The notes beneath the pieces are model-generated. The model did no database searches. It worked only from the letters and a program-made list of their open reading frames with translations, and was not told where the DNA came from. A stretch of 32,000 nucleotides of DNA, taken from positions 34,926 through 66,925 of the forward strand of contig DAINYW010000002.1 in assembly GCA_036749235.1 (NCBI GenBank), written 5' to 3'. A program made the translations under genes and the position numbers. Positions 24,426 through 32,000 of the stretch are shown piece by piece (position 1 is the first letter of the stretch; every line of letters begins with the position of its first letter). Source of the stretch: Nitrosopumilaceae archaeon (lineage in GTDB: Archaea > Thermoproteota > Nitrososphaeria > Nitrososphaerales > Nitrosopumilaceae).

Positions 24426-25811
24426 TTACATCCTACGATCATTCCAATTTACAAAATTTATGCGAGTAAGAAGGATAACTAATACAAGGACGCTAAATAA
24501 AACATACAATGATGTAACGGGAAATTCTGGAGTCGAAGAGGGATTCATAACAAATGCTGAGAATTCCGAGTCTGCAAAGCTATTTCCGTTTAGATTCTCA
24601 AATCCAATAGTAACGGGCCCTGTGAAATTTGATGGAAAAGGAACACTAATTGTGTTCAGCGAACCATCGCTACTGGTTTTTCCAGACTTGTGGAAGATTA
24701 CATTGCTCTTGCCCTCTATTACTGAGAAATCATAGTCTATCGAGTTCACTGTTTTATTAAATAAATAAGGATCTAAAACTTGGAACTTGAAATTTGTTAT
24801 TGCGCCAGGAAAAATTTCCTGCGGATCCCAGCTGAGACTCACTTTATACTGTGCGTTTCTAGTAAATTGTTGAATTGGAAAACTAGTCTCGTTGCTTGAC
24901 GCAAGTGAGAAATCCATTTCTGGTTTGGATTCATGTTGTTGTTTTGCCATATATGATAATTCTTGTTTGTAGAGTATCAGATGAACTATTCTGTCATCTG
25001 ACGAATAATCATCTATAATGATGGCATTTTGAGGTAGTTTTATTCCGTTAACATAGGCATCATATTTTGTAACGATAAAATCACCAAATGATTTTGGTAT
25101 CTTGATCTCTTGGTGAACTACACTAGCTTGCTTCAAGTTGGTATTAGACCAATCAAATGGCATAACAAAACCCATAGATTTCTTGTCAGGGTCATAGCGG
25201 AAATTATTTATCTGATCATAATATGCAATTACAGTAACATTTTGCTTTCCATACTTATTGTCATATACTTGGTAATAGTTTGTGACAGGAATGGATATGG
25301 CGGCGCTGTATGACTTGCTGACTTGATTCTCATACGAACCCATCGTTAGTACCTGAATCTTGAATCTATACAAACCTCCTGAATTGAAAACTGGACCTGA
25401 CACATCATAATTTCCGCTATGTTGTCCAATTATTCCAGAAAGGAATCCGCCTTTTTCATTAATTGAGACATTTCCAGATTGTTGAGGTATCATATTTATG
25501 AGAAAATTACCGTTGTCACTTTTGAAAACATGCCCAAACAATGCCTTGTCAGCTCTGAAAGCCGAGATAGCTAGGGTGACTTGAGGAAATGGTTGCTGGC
25601 TGTCTATATCGATTAGCATAAAATTGATTTGTGTAACTACATGAGTGTTGTCAATTAAGAATGGCGAAGAATTAATTGAGAAGGTCACATTCCTGTTCCC
25701 AATCATGGCTGGAGGTAACGTCTCACTCGCTAATCCATCACCATAGGCTGCTGATAAAAATAGAAAATTTGAAACTAGAAAAAGGAAAAGGACTACTTTT
25801 AGCTTGAACAA
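24426..25811 (-). CDS. secreted two-domain beta-rich protein with PEF-CTERM-type tail
   Basis: Signal peptide ...FLFLSAAYG. C-terminal P-E-F (plus-strand 24522-24530), then TM segment SLYVLFSVLVLVILL, then a basic tail. TTG start at 25811 is supported by TATA spacing. Confidence 0.75.
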   Translation of the reverse strand: MFKLKVVLFLFLVSNFLFLSAAYGDGLASETLPPAMIGNRNVTFSINSSPFLIDNTHVVTQINFMLIDIDSQQPFPQVTLAISAFRADKALFGHVFKSDNGNFLINMIPQQSGNVSINEKGGFLSGIIGQHSGNYDVSGPVFNSGGLYRFKIQVLTMGSYENQVSKSYSAAISIPVTNYYQVYDNKYGKQNVTVIAYYDQINNFRYDPDKKSMGFVMPFDWSNTNLKQASVVHQEIKIPKSFGDFIVTKYDAYVNGIKLPQNAIIIDDYSSDDRIVHLILYKQELSYMAKQQHESKPEMDFSLASSNETSFPIQQFTRNAQYKVSLSWDPQEIFPGAITNFKFQVLDPYLFNKTVNSIDYDFSVIEGKSNVIFHKSGKTSSDGSLNTISVPFPSNFTGPVTIGFENLNGNSFADSEFSAFVMNPSSTPEFPVTSLYVLFSVLVLVILLTRINFVNWNDRRM

Positions 25812-25830
25812 GAATTAATCCCGCTCATCT

Positions 25831-25842
25831 TTATTCTTATAC
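25831..25842 (-). promoter_or_regulatory. TATA-like box for the 24426..25811 gene
   Basis: Minus-strand 'gtataagaataa' centred about 26 nt upstream of TTG 25811. Confidence 0.35.
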
Positions 25843-25881
25843 TCTAAATAAATAGTGATGGGTTTTTCAAAATAGTGTTCA

Positions 25882-26379
25882 TTATAAGCTTGAGAAAGTA
25901 TCAGCGAGGTTATACGCTGTTCTTTCAAGTAGTATTGGGTTATATTTTTGAATAATTTCTCTAACCACGTCGACATTCCTTAGGTTGAATGTTTTTTTAA
26001 AATAGGTATTTTTGGTCTCGATCACTTTATCCTCAATTAATTGGGAAAGATACGTAGAAACTGTAGATGGTGATTTACGCACTTTTTCAACCATATTTGA
26101 GAAAGAAAGATTTTGATCATTGAGTAACGCAAGCAATATTCTTTGTGGAGTTTCCTGTCTTAGATTTCTTATTAAAATTGATTCTTCCTTTGTGACAAAA
26201 AGAGGATAGAATCTAGTTCTGCCTGACTTTCTTTCTATTTTTACGGTTCCATCTTCTTCCAGTTTTTTTACATGATAGCTTAGAACGCCGTTTTTCATTC
26301 CGGTTTCTCTCATTATTTCACGAAATTTTATTCCAGGGTTTTTTTCAATCAGTCTAACGATTTCAGAGCTTCTGTTCAT
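25882..26379 (-). CDS. transcriptional regulator with two tandem winged-helix domains
   Basis: wHTH 1: IVRLIEKNPGIKFREIMRETGMKNGVLSYHVKKLEEDGTV. wHTH 2: RILLALLNDQNLSFSNMVEKVRKSPSTVSTYLSQLIEDKVI. An SD, AGGAGGG, lies 7 nt upstream of the ATG inside the end of the upstream gene. Confidence 0.8.
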   Translation of the reverse strand: MNRSSEIVRLIEKNPGIKFREIMRETGMKNGVLSYHVKKLEEDGTVKIERKSGRTRFYPLFVTKEESILIRNLRQETPQRILLALLNDQNLSFSNMVEKVRKSPSTVSTYLSQLIEDKVIETKNTYFKKTFNLRNVDVVREIIQKYNPILLERTAYNLADTFSSL

Positions 26380-26381
26380 GT

Positions 26382-26774
26382 TTAGTCCCTCCTAAAGACG
26401 CTAATTGCAAACATCCCAAGTGTACAAAGGGAGAGAAAATGTCCTATTTCTCCAGCAGAGAATACCCCAAGATAATATGTATATTGCCAAGCGGCGTCTA
26501 CTAGCGAAAGAGTTTCCGATGCTACAAATATGGAAAAAGCAAGCATCGTAAACAATAACCTTCTTGTCCTTACTCTTGCGTAGGCTATGACAGATACAAT
26601 ACTGAGAAAGGCAGCCAAACCAATTCCGCTAAGGTGAAGCAGTATATGGAAAACCTGGAACTTGTGAAATATGTGAGGTAATATTACAGGTATAGCTAAG
26701 ATTCCTATTACGGCAAAGATGGTTAGCGTGAATAGCTTCGACCTATTTTCCAATAGAGGGTTGGTTTTAAGCAC
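26382..26774 (-). CDS. 4-TM membrane protein with a His-rich first loop/helix
   Basis: Four hydrophobic segments. There are 4 His within 14 residues (LPHIFHKFQVFHILLHLSG) plus GEIGHF in TM4. GTG start. There are 2 nt between its stop and the regulator's ATG. Confidence 0.7.
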   Translation of the reverse strand: MLKTNPLLENRSKLFTLTIFAVIGILAIPVILPHIFHKFQVFHILLHLSGIGLAAFLSIVSVIAYARVRTRRLLFTMLAFSIFVASETLSLVDAAWQYTYYLGVFSAGEIGHFLSLCTLGMFAISVFRRD

Positions 26775-26794
26775 AATAAAATATGGTCTTTTTG

Positions 26795-26803
26795 AAATTT
26801 AAA
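26795..26803 (-). promoter_or_regulatory. TATA-like box for the membrane protein/regulator pair
   Basis: Minus-strand 'tttaaattt' centred about 25 nt upstream of GTG 26774. Confidence 0.4.
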
Positions 26804-27002
26804 CGAACTGGTACAACCATCGAACAACGAATTGCTATCTAGAATAATATGGCATAACCTGCTATCTTTGTAGAATTATCAATTCACTTATGTTGCCAAA
26901 TGGAGAATTTCTATTTGCAGCGAATCGTATCGACTTCATTTGTCTCCGTTCTTGCTGTGCGCTCGATGTCATGCAGCAACGAACTGGACATTTTCAAGCT
27001 CT

Positions 27003-29975
27003 CTATTCAATATTCTTAATCTTAATTACTTGCTCTGAGCTTTTTCTAAGCTCTATTACACCTTTGCAGTAGAAAAAGGCCACAACAATTAGTAATCCTG
27101 TGATCGATGGGGCTACTACTTGAACATAACTAAAACCTAATCTAGGAATTCCTGCAACTATATTTGTTTGACTAGGAAAATTGTTTTGTGACGGACCTGC
27201 GGTTATTGTTATTGTTCCAAGCTTTTCTGCCCGCTCCTCGGCAATCACGATATTTCCTTGCGAATCAGGTGTTATCCATTGTACAGAGGAGTTTGATGAT
27301 GGAATATTTATCTCGATACTCTCTCCAGTCCTTGGATCAACTATTGCAATTTTATCAATAGTGTGCTGCGCAATCCAGAGATTGTGGTATTTGTCAAACG
27401 CCATTCCATAGGGTAGACCACTAGGATCAAGCGGTATTCTCTTGAATGTCTTAAGCAATGGATCAAAGACTGATACTGCATGACCCTCGTGTTCTGAGAC
27501 GTATATCTTTCCTGTCTGGGAATCTAAAATTATACCAGTGGGGTCCACAAGTGTATAGTTTTTCTCAGATGGTGAATACTCTGTTATCTTGTTGTTTGTT
27601 GGATCAAGACTAGCTATTTTTCCGATTCCTTCTGCAATCCATATTTTGCCTAAAGTGTTGCCTATCGCTATATCCTGAGGACTAGATTTGTTATCTAGCT
27701 TTATTGAATTAAATTCAGATGCCTTATGGTTGAATTTCAATATCTCGGCTGCGCCTGTGTCTATGTTTGTAGATGTCATCCAAATAGTATCGTTACTGTC
27801 AATGGCAATGCTTGTGAGAATTCCTTGACTTGGAATTGGATAATCTTGGTGTGAGTTATCATCTGGATTATAATGTCCAAGAATCTTTCTCTGATAATCG
27901 ATATACCAGAGAGTATCATGCGAATCTAAAGCCATGTATGTTATACTGTTTAATCCGTCAATCTTGTGTTCTGTGTATTTGTTTGATCCCAGATCAAACT
28001 CAAGTATCTTACCACTCTTGAATGTAATGTCACCAACCCATATCTTGTTTCTAGTATTATCATATACTGGATACTTTGGCGTACTGTTTGCAGGGGTTTT
28101 AAATTCAGAAATTTTTACAAGCAAGTCGTTTAGTTTTGGTCTGACAAGTAAGTCATACGATGCTACAAGATTGAGCGCATTTTCCTTGTCTTGTACTCCT
28201 TCGACTCTGACCGTCCAGTGTCCTGGAAGTCCAAAATCGGTATTTGCAACAAATGCCCCAGTAGATGTTTGGTTTGCATCTAGCGCGATTGATCCTATTT
28301 CTTGGTCGACCGGTGTAAGTCTCAACTTTACTGACTGCATATCAATTGGATTCTTGCTTGAATCCAAAAATGAAATTTTAAAATTATTACTCCCTGTAGA
28401 AAATGGGTTAATTGATAAGACTATTCTGCTTCCATTTTCGACAAACCTTGTCTCTGAAAAACCATTTCCTAGAGTGTTATCCGTAGAAGCAAGAGCAAAG
28501 ACACTTTGTCCATTTATTAGTTGTAATTGACTTTGAAACTCACTTGACGGTAATCCAGAATCGACAAGTACTGCTACGGAGGCAATCAAAGCTATTCCAA
28601 TCATTGCTTCGATTTGTGTGCTTTTACTAAATTGTGAGAAAATTCGCGTTAAATTAGCTGCGCCCGAGCTAATTGCATCATCCTGATTTGCGTTCAAGAT
28701 GACTGTGGCCTTGAATGCATGCTTGTGAATTACTGTCTGATTGTACGCACCTAGACACAACATGGCTGATGCAAGAGAAAGTTTTATGATAAGTACTTTG
28801 CCGTAGGTTGATGCAAGTGTTAATGCGATGTTGTTTTCAAGGACGAAAAGCAGAACTGGACCTGTTACTGCTATTGAGCCAAGTATAGTAATAACCAGTA
28901 TTGAGAACCGCGGAATAATAATTGAGATTGATGATATGTTGGCCGTGTCATTGACGGCTTGCTTCAGATTCGGTAGAATAATGAACGCAATATAGAAAAT
29001 CCCTCCGATCCAGAGAGAAGCAGCTATATTGTGGATGAAATCTAATGTTAAGGGAATCATCTGACCAGTAGCTGCACCGTGAGAGATCAAACTTGTTGTT
29101 GCCAGTATTGCAACACCTATGAAAAATAATGACATGACTAAACCTCTTGGAGCAAGTGATTTTGAGTTTCTTACTTTGTAATATGTTATTAAGGAGATTC
29201 CAAGTAGCACCGCGCATTCGATCATTCTTAGAATCCATATGTTTCCAAATTTGGTAGAAATGGCATCTAATATTCCAGCGTTGATTGAATGTGCCTGAAC
29301 TACAATCATTGCAAAACCTGAAGCCAAAAGAACGACAGAACCAATCACTGTCAATTTCATCATACCTATATCGATCTTGGTTCGAGTTTCTGCAATTGAA
29401 TTTCGTAACCAAGAAATTCTCGAGATGGGCTTCCATAACCATAGAGTTGCAAAAGTAGATCCAACTACCATGACTTGCCCGACAAGCGCAGGAAATCTTG
29501 CAAATGCTTCAGGTACAGAGATCTCCTGATAGATACTAGATGTCACATTGTTAGCTAGATTTGGTGGCACAGCTTGGCCCACGGCAAAGAAAAAGGGGTT
29601 TTCAGTTACATGACCGTCTATTTGATCTAGAACTTTGGCTGTCACAGTGTAAATTCCGTTTGACAACCCAGGCTGGAGAGAAATACTAACGGCCTTCTGA
29701 TCATCGGTTATGTAATGTAAATTCTGACCCTGAACTTCTTTTCCGTTAGTGTCCAAAACTCGTATCTGGCTATATTTGATATCAATGGGATCATTAAAGT
29801 AAACGTCGATTTTCGAAGGAGGTGTGTTCAAGGATTGTAGGGAAGCAGGAATGCTGTGGTCTATGTATGCATGTGCATAAGATTTTGGAAGGTTTGGAAT
29901 AACAATTAACGCGGAGGAAATTAAAAAGATAATTAGGACAACTTGAAATGTAGTTCTACGATCAAATCTTCTCAT
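27003..29975 (-). CDS. CopC-CopD fusion extended by a YtkA/FixH-like beta-sandwich, a beta-propeller and a C-terminal anchor
   Basis: Signal peptide ending SYA, then His35. CopC domain at aa 35-133 (HAYIDHSIPA...IDVYF...IRVLD.NGKEV...LDQIDGHVTENPFFFAV). About 8-10 TM CopD region at aa ~155-475. Beta-sandwich at aa ~512-612 (SINPFSTGSNNFKISFLDSSKNPIDMQSVKLRL...GLPGHWTVRVEG). Seven-blade-like propeller at aa ~622-925. TM anchor at aa ~948-972. Confidence 0.9.
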   Translation of the reverse strand: MRRFDRRTTFQVVLIIFLISSALIVIPNLPKSYAHAYIDHSIPASLQSLNTPPSKIDVYFNDPIDIKYSQIRVLDTNGKEVQGQNLHYITDDQKAVSISLQPGLSNGIYTVTAKVLDQIDGHVTENPFFFAVGQAVPPNLANNVTSSIYQEISVPEAFARFPALVGQVMVVGSTFATLWLWKPISRISWLRNSIAETRTKIDIGMMKLTVIGSVVLLASGFAMIVVQAHSINAGILDAISTKFGNIWILRMIECAVLLGISLITYYKVRNSKSLAPRGLVMSLFFIGVAILATTSLISHGAATGQMIPLTLDFIHNIAASLWIGGIFYIAFIILPNLKQAVNDTANISSISIIIPRFSILVITILGSIAVTGPVLLFVLENNIALTLASTYGKVLIIKLSLASAMLCLGAYNQTVIHKHAFKATVILNANQDDAISSGAANLTRIFSQFSKSTQIEAMIGIALIASVAVLVDSGLPSSEFQSQLQLINGQSVFALASTDNTLGNGFSETRFVENGSRIVLSINPFSTGSNNFKISFLDSSKNPIDMQSVKLRLTPVDQEIGSIALDANQTSTGAFVANTDFGLPGHWTVRVEGVQDKENALNLVASYDLLVRPKLNDLLVKISEFKTPANSTPKYPVYDNTRNKIWVGDITFKSGKILEFDLGSNKYTEHKIDGLNSITYMALDSHDTLWYIDYQRKILGHYNPDDNSHQDYPIPSQGILTSIAIDSNDTIWMTSTNIDTGAAEILKFNHKASEFNSIKLDNKSSPQDIAIGNTLGKIWIAEGIGKIASLDPTNNKITEYSPSEKNYTLVDPTGIILDSQTGKIYVSEHEGHAVSVFDPLLKTFKRIPLDPSGLPYGMAFDKYHNLWIAQHTIDKIAIVDPRTGESIEINIPSSNSSVQWITPDSQGNIVIAEERAEKLGTITITAGPSQNNFPSQTNIVAGIPRLGFSYVQVVAPSITGLLIVVAFFYCKGVIELRKSSEQVIKIKNIE

Positions 29976-29999
29976 CTGTCATTTTTTATTCTTGCCTAA

Positions 30000-30006
30000 C
30001 TATATT
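30000..30006 (-). promoter_or_regulatory. TATA-like box for the CopC-CopD fusion gene
   Basis: Minus-strand 'aatatag' centred 28 nt upstream of ATG 29975. Confidence 0.35.
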
Positions 30007-30124
30007 GCTCTTGCGAGAAAAGTGGTACAACAGTAGAATTAGACTTTCAATTTAGGAACCTTTCATCTTTTACCATCTAGATTTCTATAATTATTATATT
30101 TCTGGTGTTCGACGACTGTACTAC

Positions 30125-30136
30125 AAAATATTTAAA
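30125..30136 (+). promoter_or_regulatory. TATA-like box for the 30158 gene
   Basis: 'aaaatatttaaa' centred about 27 nt upstream of GTG 30158. This supports the GTG as a leaderless start. Confidence 0.4.
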
Positions 30137-30157
30137 CACAGAAATATCACCAAGTTT

Positions 30158-31060
30158 GTGAATAATAGAGTACTTGTCCTAGTTATTGGTGGAATTATTT
30201 CCACTGGTTTAATTTACACGCCGCACGCATCAGCTCATAATTTTGGAGGAGATGAGAGTGCATCATTTCTTGCCAAAGTGGCAGAAATAAAAACAGAAGT
30301 GAATTTCATTTCAAAACATGTTTCAGAGCCGGATGCAATTGATTACTACGCTGATGCCCTCAACGAGTATTGGAATGCTAATGATACGAGAGAAATGGGA
30401 GAGAGAAATACGCTATTACAAAAAGAGATTCCAGCCACGATTAATGCTACTATAGGCGATGCAAGATCTGGAAACCAAGCTGCCGTTAATGCTGATGTCT
30501 CGCAGCTAAACGGATATCTTGACGAAGCTGTTCCAGTTAGAATAGACAAAGACAAGCTTTCAAATTCCACCGTCCAAGCACTAGCAGTAACTTTTGTCTT
30601 AAAAGAAGCTTTAGAGAAGTATGGCGATGCAATCAACTCTACAGTGGATCTCAATGATATGTCGCAGATGAACATAAACGGTAGCGTGTCTAGCGGTTCT
30701 ACGGGTTCGACGCAACAAATGGCTGTCACCATTGTTGACCAACACAAATATTATAATTCGATAGGTCTTGCAACAGCAGCTCAGCAAATGTTCAATGACT
30801 TGGCTGCAAAGAACCCCGACAAGTCTACTTTTAACGCCAAGATATCGGCTGGACTTGCAAAGATGATACAGGACCTCAATAACAAAGCCGACGCAAATAC
30901 GATAATGACAGATGCGCACGTTGACCTCCACCGCGCCATAGTTAGTGGCTACAATATTCAAGAGGTACCAGAGTTTCCAATGCCGGCATTATTAGTGATA
31001 ATCTCAATAGTGGGAGTGATAGCGATATCAAGATTTAGGTCAGTCAAGTTAAGACAATAA
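30158..31060 (+). CDS. secreted all-helical protein with predicted N-terminal His and PEF-CTERM-type tail
   Basis: Signal peptide ending HASA, then His27 (30236-30238). About 240 aa of helical A/N/D/K-rich sequence. C-terminal P-E-F (30968-30976), then TM segment ALLVIISIVGVIAI, then SRFRSVKLRQ. Confidence 0.75.
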   Translation: MNNRVLVLVIGGIISTGLIYTPHASAHNFGGDESASFLAKVAEIKTEVNFISKHVSEPDAIDYYADALNEYWNANDTREMGERNTLLQKEIPATINATIGDARSGNQAAVNADVSQLNGYLDEAVPVRIDKDKLSNSTVQALAVTFVLKEALEKYGDAINSTVDLNDMSQMNINGSVSSGSTGSTQQMAVTIVDQHKYYNSIGLATAAQQMFNDLAAKNPDKSTFNAKISAGLAKMIQDLNNKADANTIMTDAHVDLHRAIVSGYNIQEVPEFPMPALLVIISIVGVIAISRFRSVKLRQ

Positions 31061-31086
31061 ATATACGATCATTTACTTGAATCTAA

Positions 31087-31791
31087 ATGAAAACAAGAAT
31101 TGTAGCTCTTGCATCCGTTTCTATTTTCATTCTGCTAATAATTTCCATTTCCCCATTTGCCATTAAATCAGCTTTGGCCCACATAACTAAAGTGTATGGT
31201 AATTACCTCCTGACCGTCGGGTGGGCAAATGAACCGGTGTATAATGGGTTAATTAATGCACCATTAGTTATAGTAAAAAAAGGTAGTGGAGACACTGCCA
31301 AGCCAGTAATTAACGGGCTAGCTAATATGCAAATCTCAATAAAATATGGCTCGGTAACAAAAAAATTGGATTTTGTTCCAGATAGTACGGTCGATGGACA
31401 ATATGTTTCTCCACTAGTTCCTACAAGAGTCGGCTCTTACAGTCTGATAATGAAGGGCACTATAGAAAATCAGAGTATTGACACCGAAATAGCGCTTGAC
31501 GATGTTGCAAGCATAGATATTTTGAATTTTCCTCCGAATACGTCTAGCGATACTTCGGCAAATTTGGGACAAGTTGGAACAATTCTTGACCAATTAACAA
31601 ATGACATTGAAGAAGCAAAAAAGAATTCTGATGCTGCATCTCAGGATCTCTTAAATGCTGCCAAATCGTTCCAAGATGTAAAGGATAGCACCGACAGGTT
31701 ATACCTAATAAGTATGACAGGAATTGGTGTTGGAATCGCTGGAGTAGTAATAGCGGTAATCGCGATTACGCGCAACAAACAACAAGTCTAA
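31087..31791 (+). CDS. secreted beta-sandwich protein with predicted N-terminal His, helical stalk and TM anchor
   Basis: Signal peptide ending SALA, then His32 (cac at 31180-31182). About 110-aa beta-rich domain (HITKVYGNYLLTVGWANEPVYNGLINAPLVIV...). Helical segment, then C-terminal TM segment GIGVGIAGVVIAVIAI followed by TRNKQQV. Confidence 0.7.
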   Translation: MKTRIVALASVSIFILLIISISPFAIKSALAHITKVYGNYLLTVGWANEPVYNGLINAPLVIVKKGSGDTAKPVINGLANMQISIKYGSVTKKLDFVPDSTVDGQYVSPLVPTRVGSYSLIMKGTIENQSIDTEIALDDVASIDILNFPPNTSSDTSANLGQVGTILDQLTNDIEEAKKNSDAASQDLLNAAKSFQDVKDSTDRLYLISMTGIGVGIAGVVIAVIAITRNKQQV

Positions 31792-31931
31792 TTTTATAGA
31801 CACTAGTACAAATGTGAAATCTACTATCATGCGGGATTAATTCTTCGCATCATTATCTCTGTATCAAATAACATCTGTGACTAGGTTTCATGACAATTAG
31901 TCTCTTTAACTTCGCATAAAGTACACAAGAT

Positions 31932-32000
31932 ATGGGACCAACTGTATTTACAAAAACATATGATCTCATGAAGTCAATAAGCAAGGTGATTGGGAATGCT
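31932..32000 (+). CDS. possible 5' end of a CDS running off the window
   Basis: ATG at 31932 opens a frame (MGPTVFTKTYDLMKSISKVIGNA...) that stays open to the window edge. Only 23 codons are visible. Confidence 0.2.
   Translation, partial: MGPTVFTKTYDLMKSISKVIGNA

Noticed and set aside
26809-30031. Shared 9-mer TGGTACAAC (26809-26817 and 30023-30031), upstream of the TATA boxes of the His-rich membrane gene and the copCD fusion gene. A possible common operator.
   Set aside because: Distances to the TATA boxes differ (~5-6 nt versus ~16-17 nt). One 9-mer match between two ~200-nt AT-rich regions is not far from chance expectation, roughly a few tenths. It is worth testing only if the regulator is studied.
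263-30961. Many track ORFs nested inside or antisense to larger genes. Examples: 263..469, 607..789, 2629..2844, 3268..3534, 3293..3475, 4886..5116, 6436..6842, 7439..7800, 7992..8246, 8126..8509, 8738..9049, 9205..9399, 9772..10071, 10165..10359, 10578..10781, 11053..11340, 13632..14108, 14873..15079, 15805..16274, 17915..18208, 18479..18691, 19343..19573, 20216..20440, 20767..21060, 21285..21926, 21923..22435, 23615..23803, 24460..24735, 25110..25313, 26890..27072, 27181..28530, 28948..29442, 30346..30961.
   Set aside because: Each overlaps a longer ORF that carries recognisable domain motifs. Their translations are low-complexity or Cys/Ser/Leu-biased, as expected for off-frame reading of AT-rich coding DNA. 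None has its own promoter or SD signal.
1-32000. Looked for CRISPR arrays, rRNA, tRNA, prophage or integrase genes, toxin-antitoxin pairs and known defence-system genes.
   Set aside because: No regularly spaced repeats, no rRNA- or tRNA-like sequence, and no nuclease, ATPase or defence signatures were seen. The macro-domain gene has no DarT-like partner. The only mobile-element trace is the transposase remnant at 2450-2596.

Overview
AT-rich archaeal chromosomal window with about 38 supportable protein genes and no rRNA, tRNA or CRISPR array. The gene content points to an ammonia-oxidising thaumarchaeon of the soil Nitrososphaerales type. The pointers are class III PHA synthase phaE-phaC, PEF/PEFG-type C-terminal sorting tails, many secreted sequon-rich proteins, copper-handling genes, and TATA boxes about 26 nt from start codons. 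This is inference only. Layout: 0-4.1 kb holds surface proteins and a decayed IS fragment. 4.3-11.6 kb holds a polyhydroxyalkanoate (PHA) locus: malic enzyme, phaE-phaC, a convergent AbrB-type phaR with a phasin-like gene, an alpha/beta hydrolase, a patatin-like lipase and an aldehyde dehydrogenase. 11.8-16.6 kb holds two small tandem paralogues, an HD+GNAT fusion, a PEFG-tail protein and a TrmB regulator. 16.9-17.0 kb is a GC-rich intergenic island that looks like a small structured RNA. 17.2-24.4 kb holds a beta-propeller, HxlR, pirin, nitroreductase, a C2H2 micro-protein missing from the ORF track, a macro domain, a membrane-tethered wHTH, SIMPL and radical SAM genes. 24.4-31.8 kb is the most interesting block. 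It contains a 990-aa CopC-CopD-beta-sandwich-beta-propeller-anchor fusion, flanked by a His-rich 4-TM protein, a tandem wHTH regulator and three secreted proteins. Two of those secreted proteins, like the CopC domain, are predicted to expose an N-terminal histidine after signal cleavage. All family calls come from motif recognition by eye; no searches or HMMs were run.
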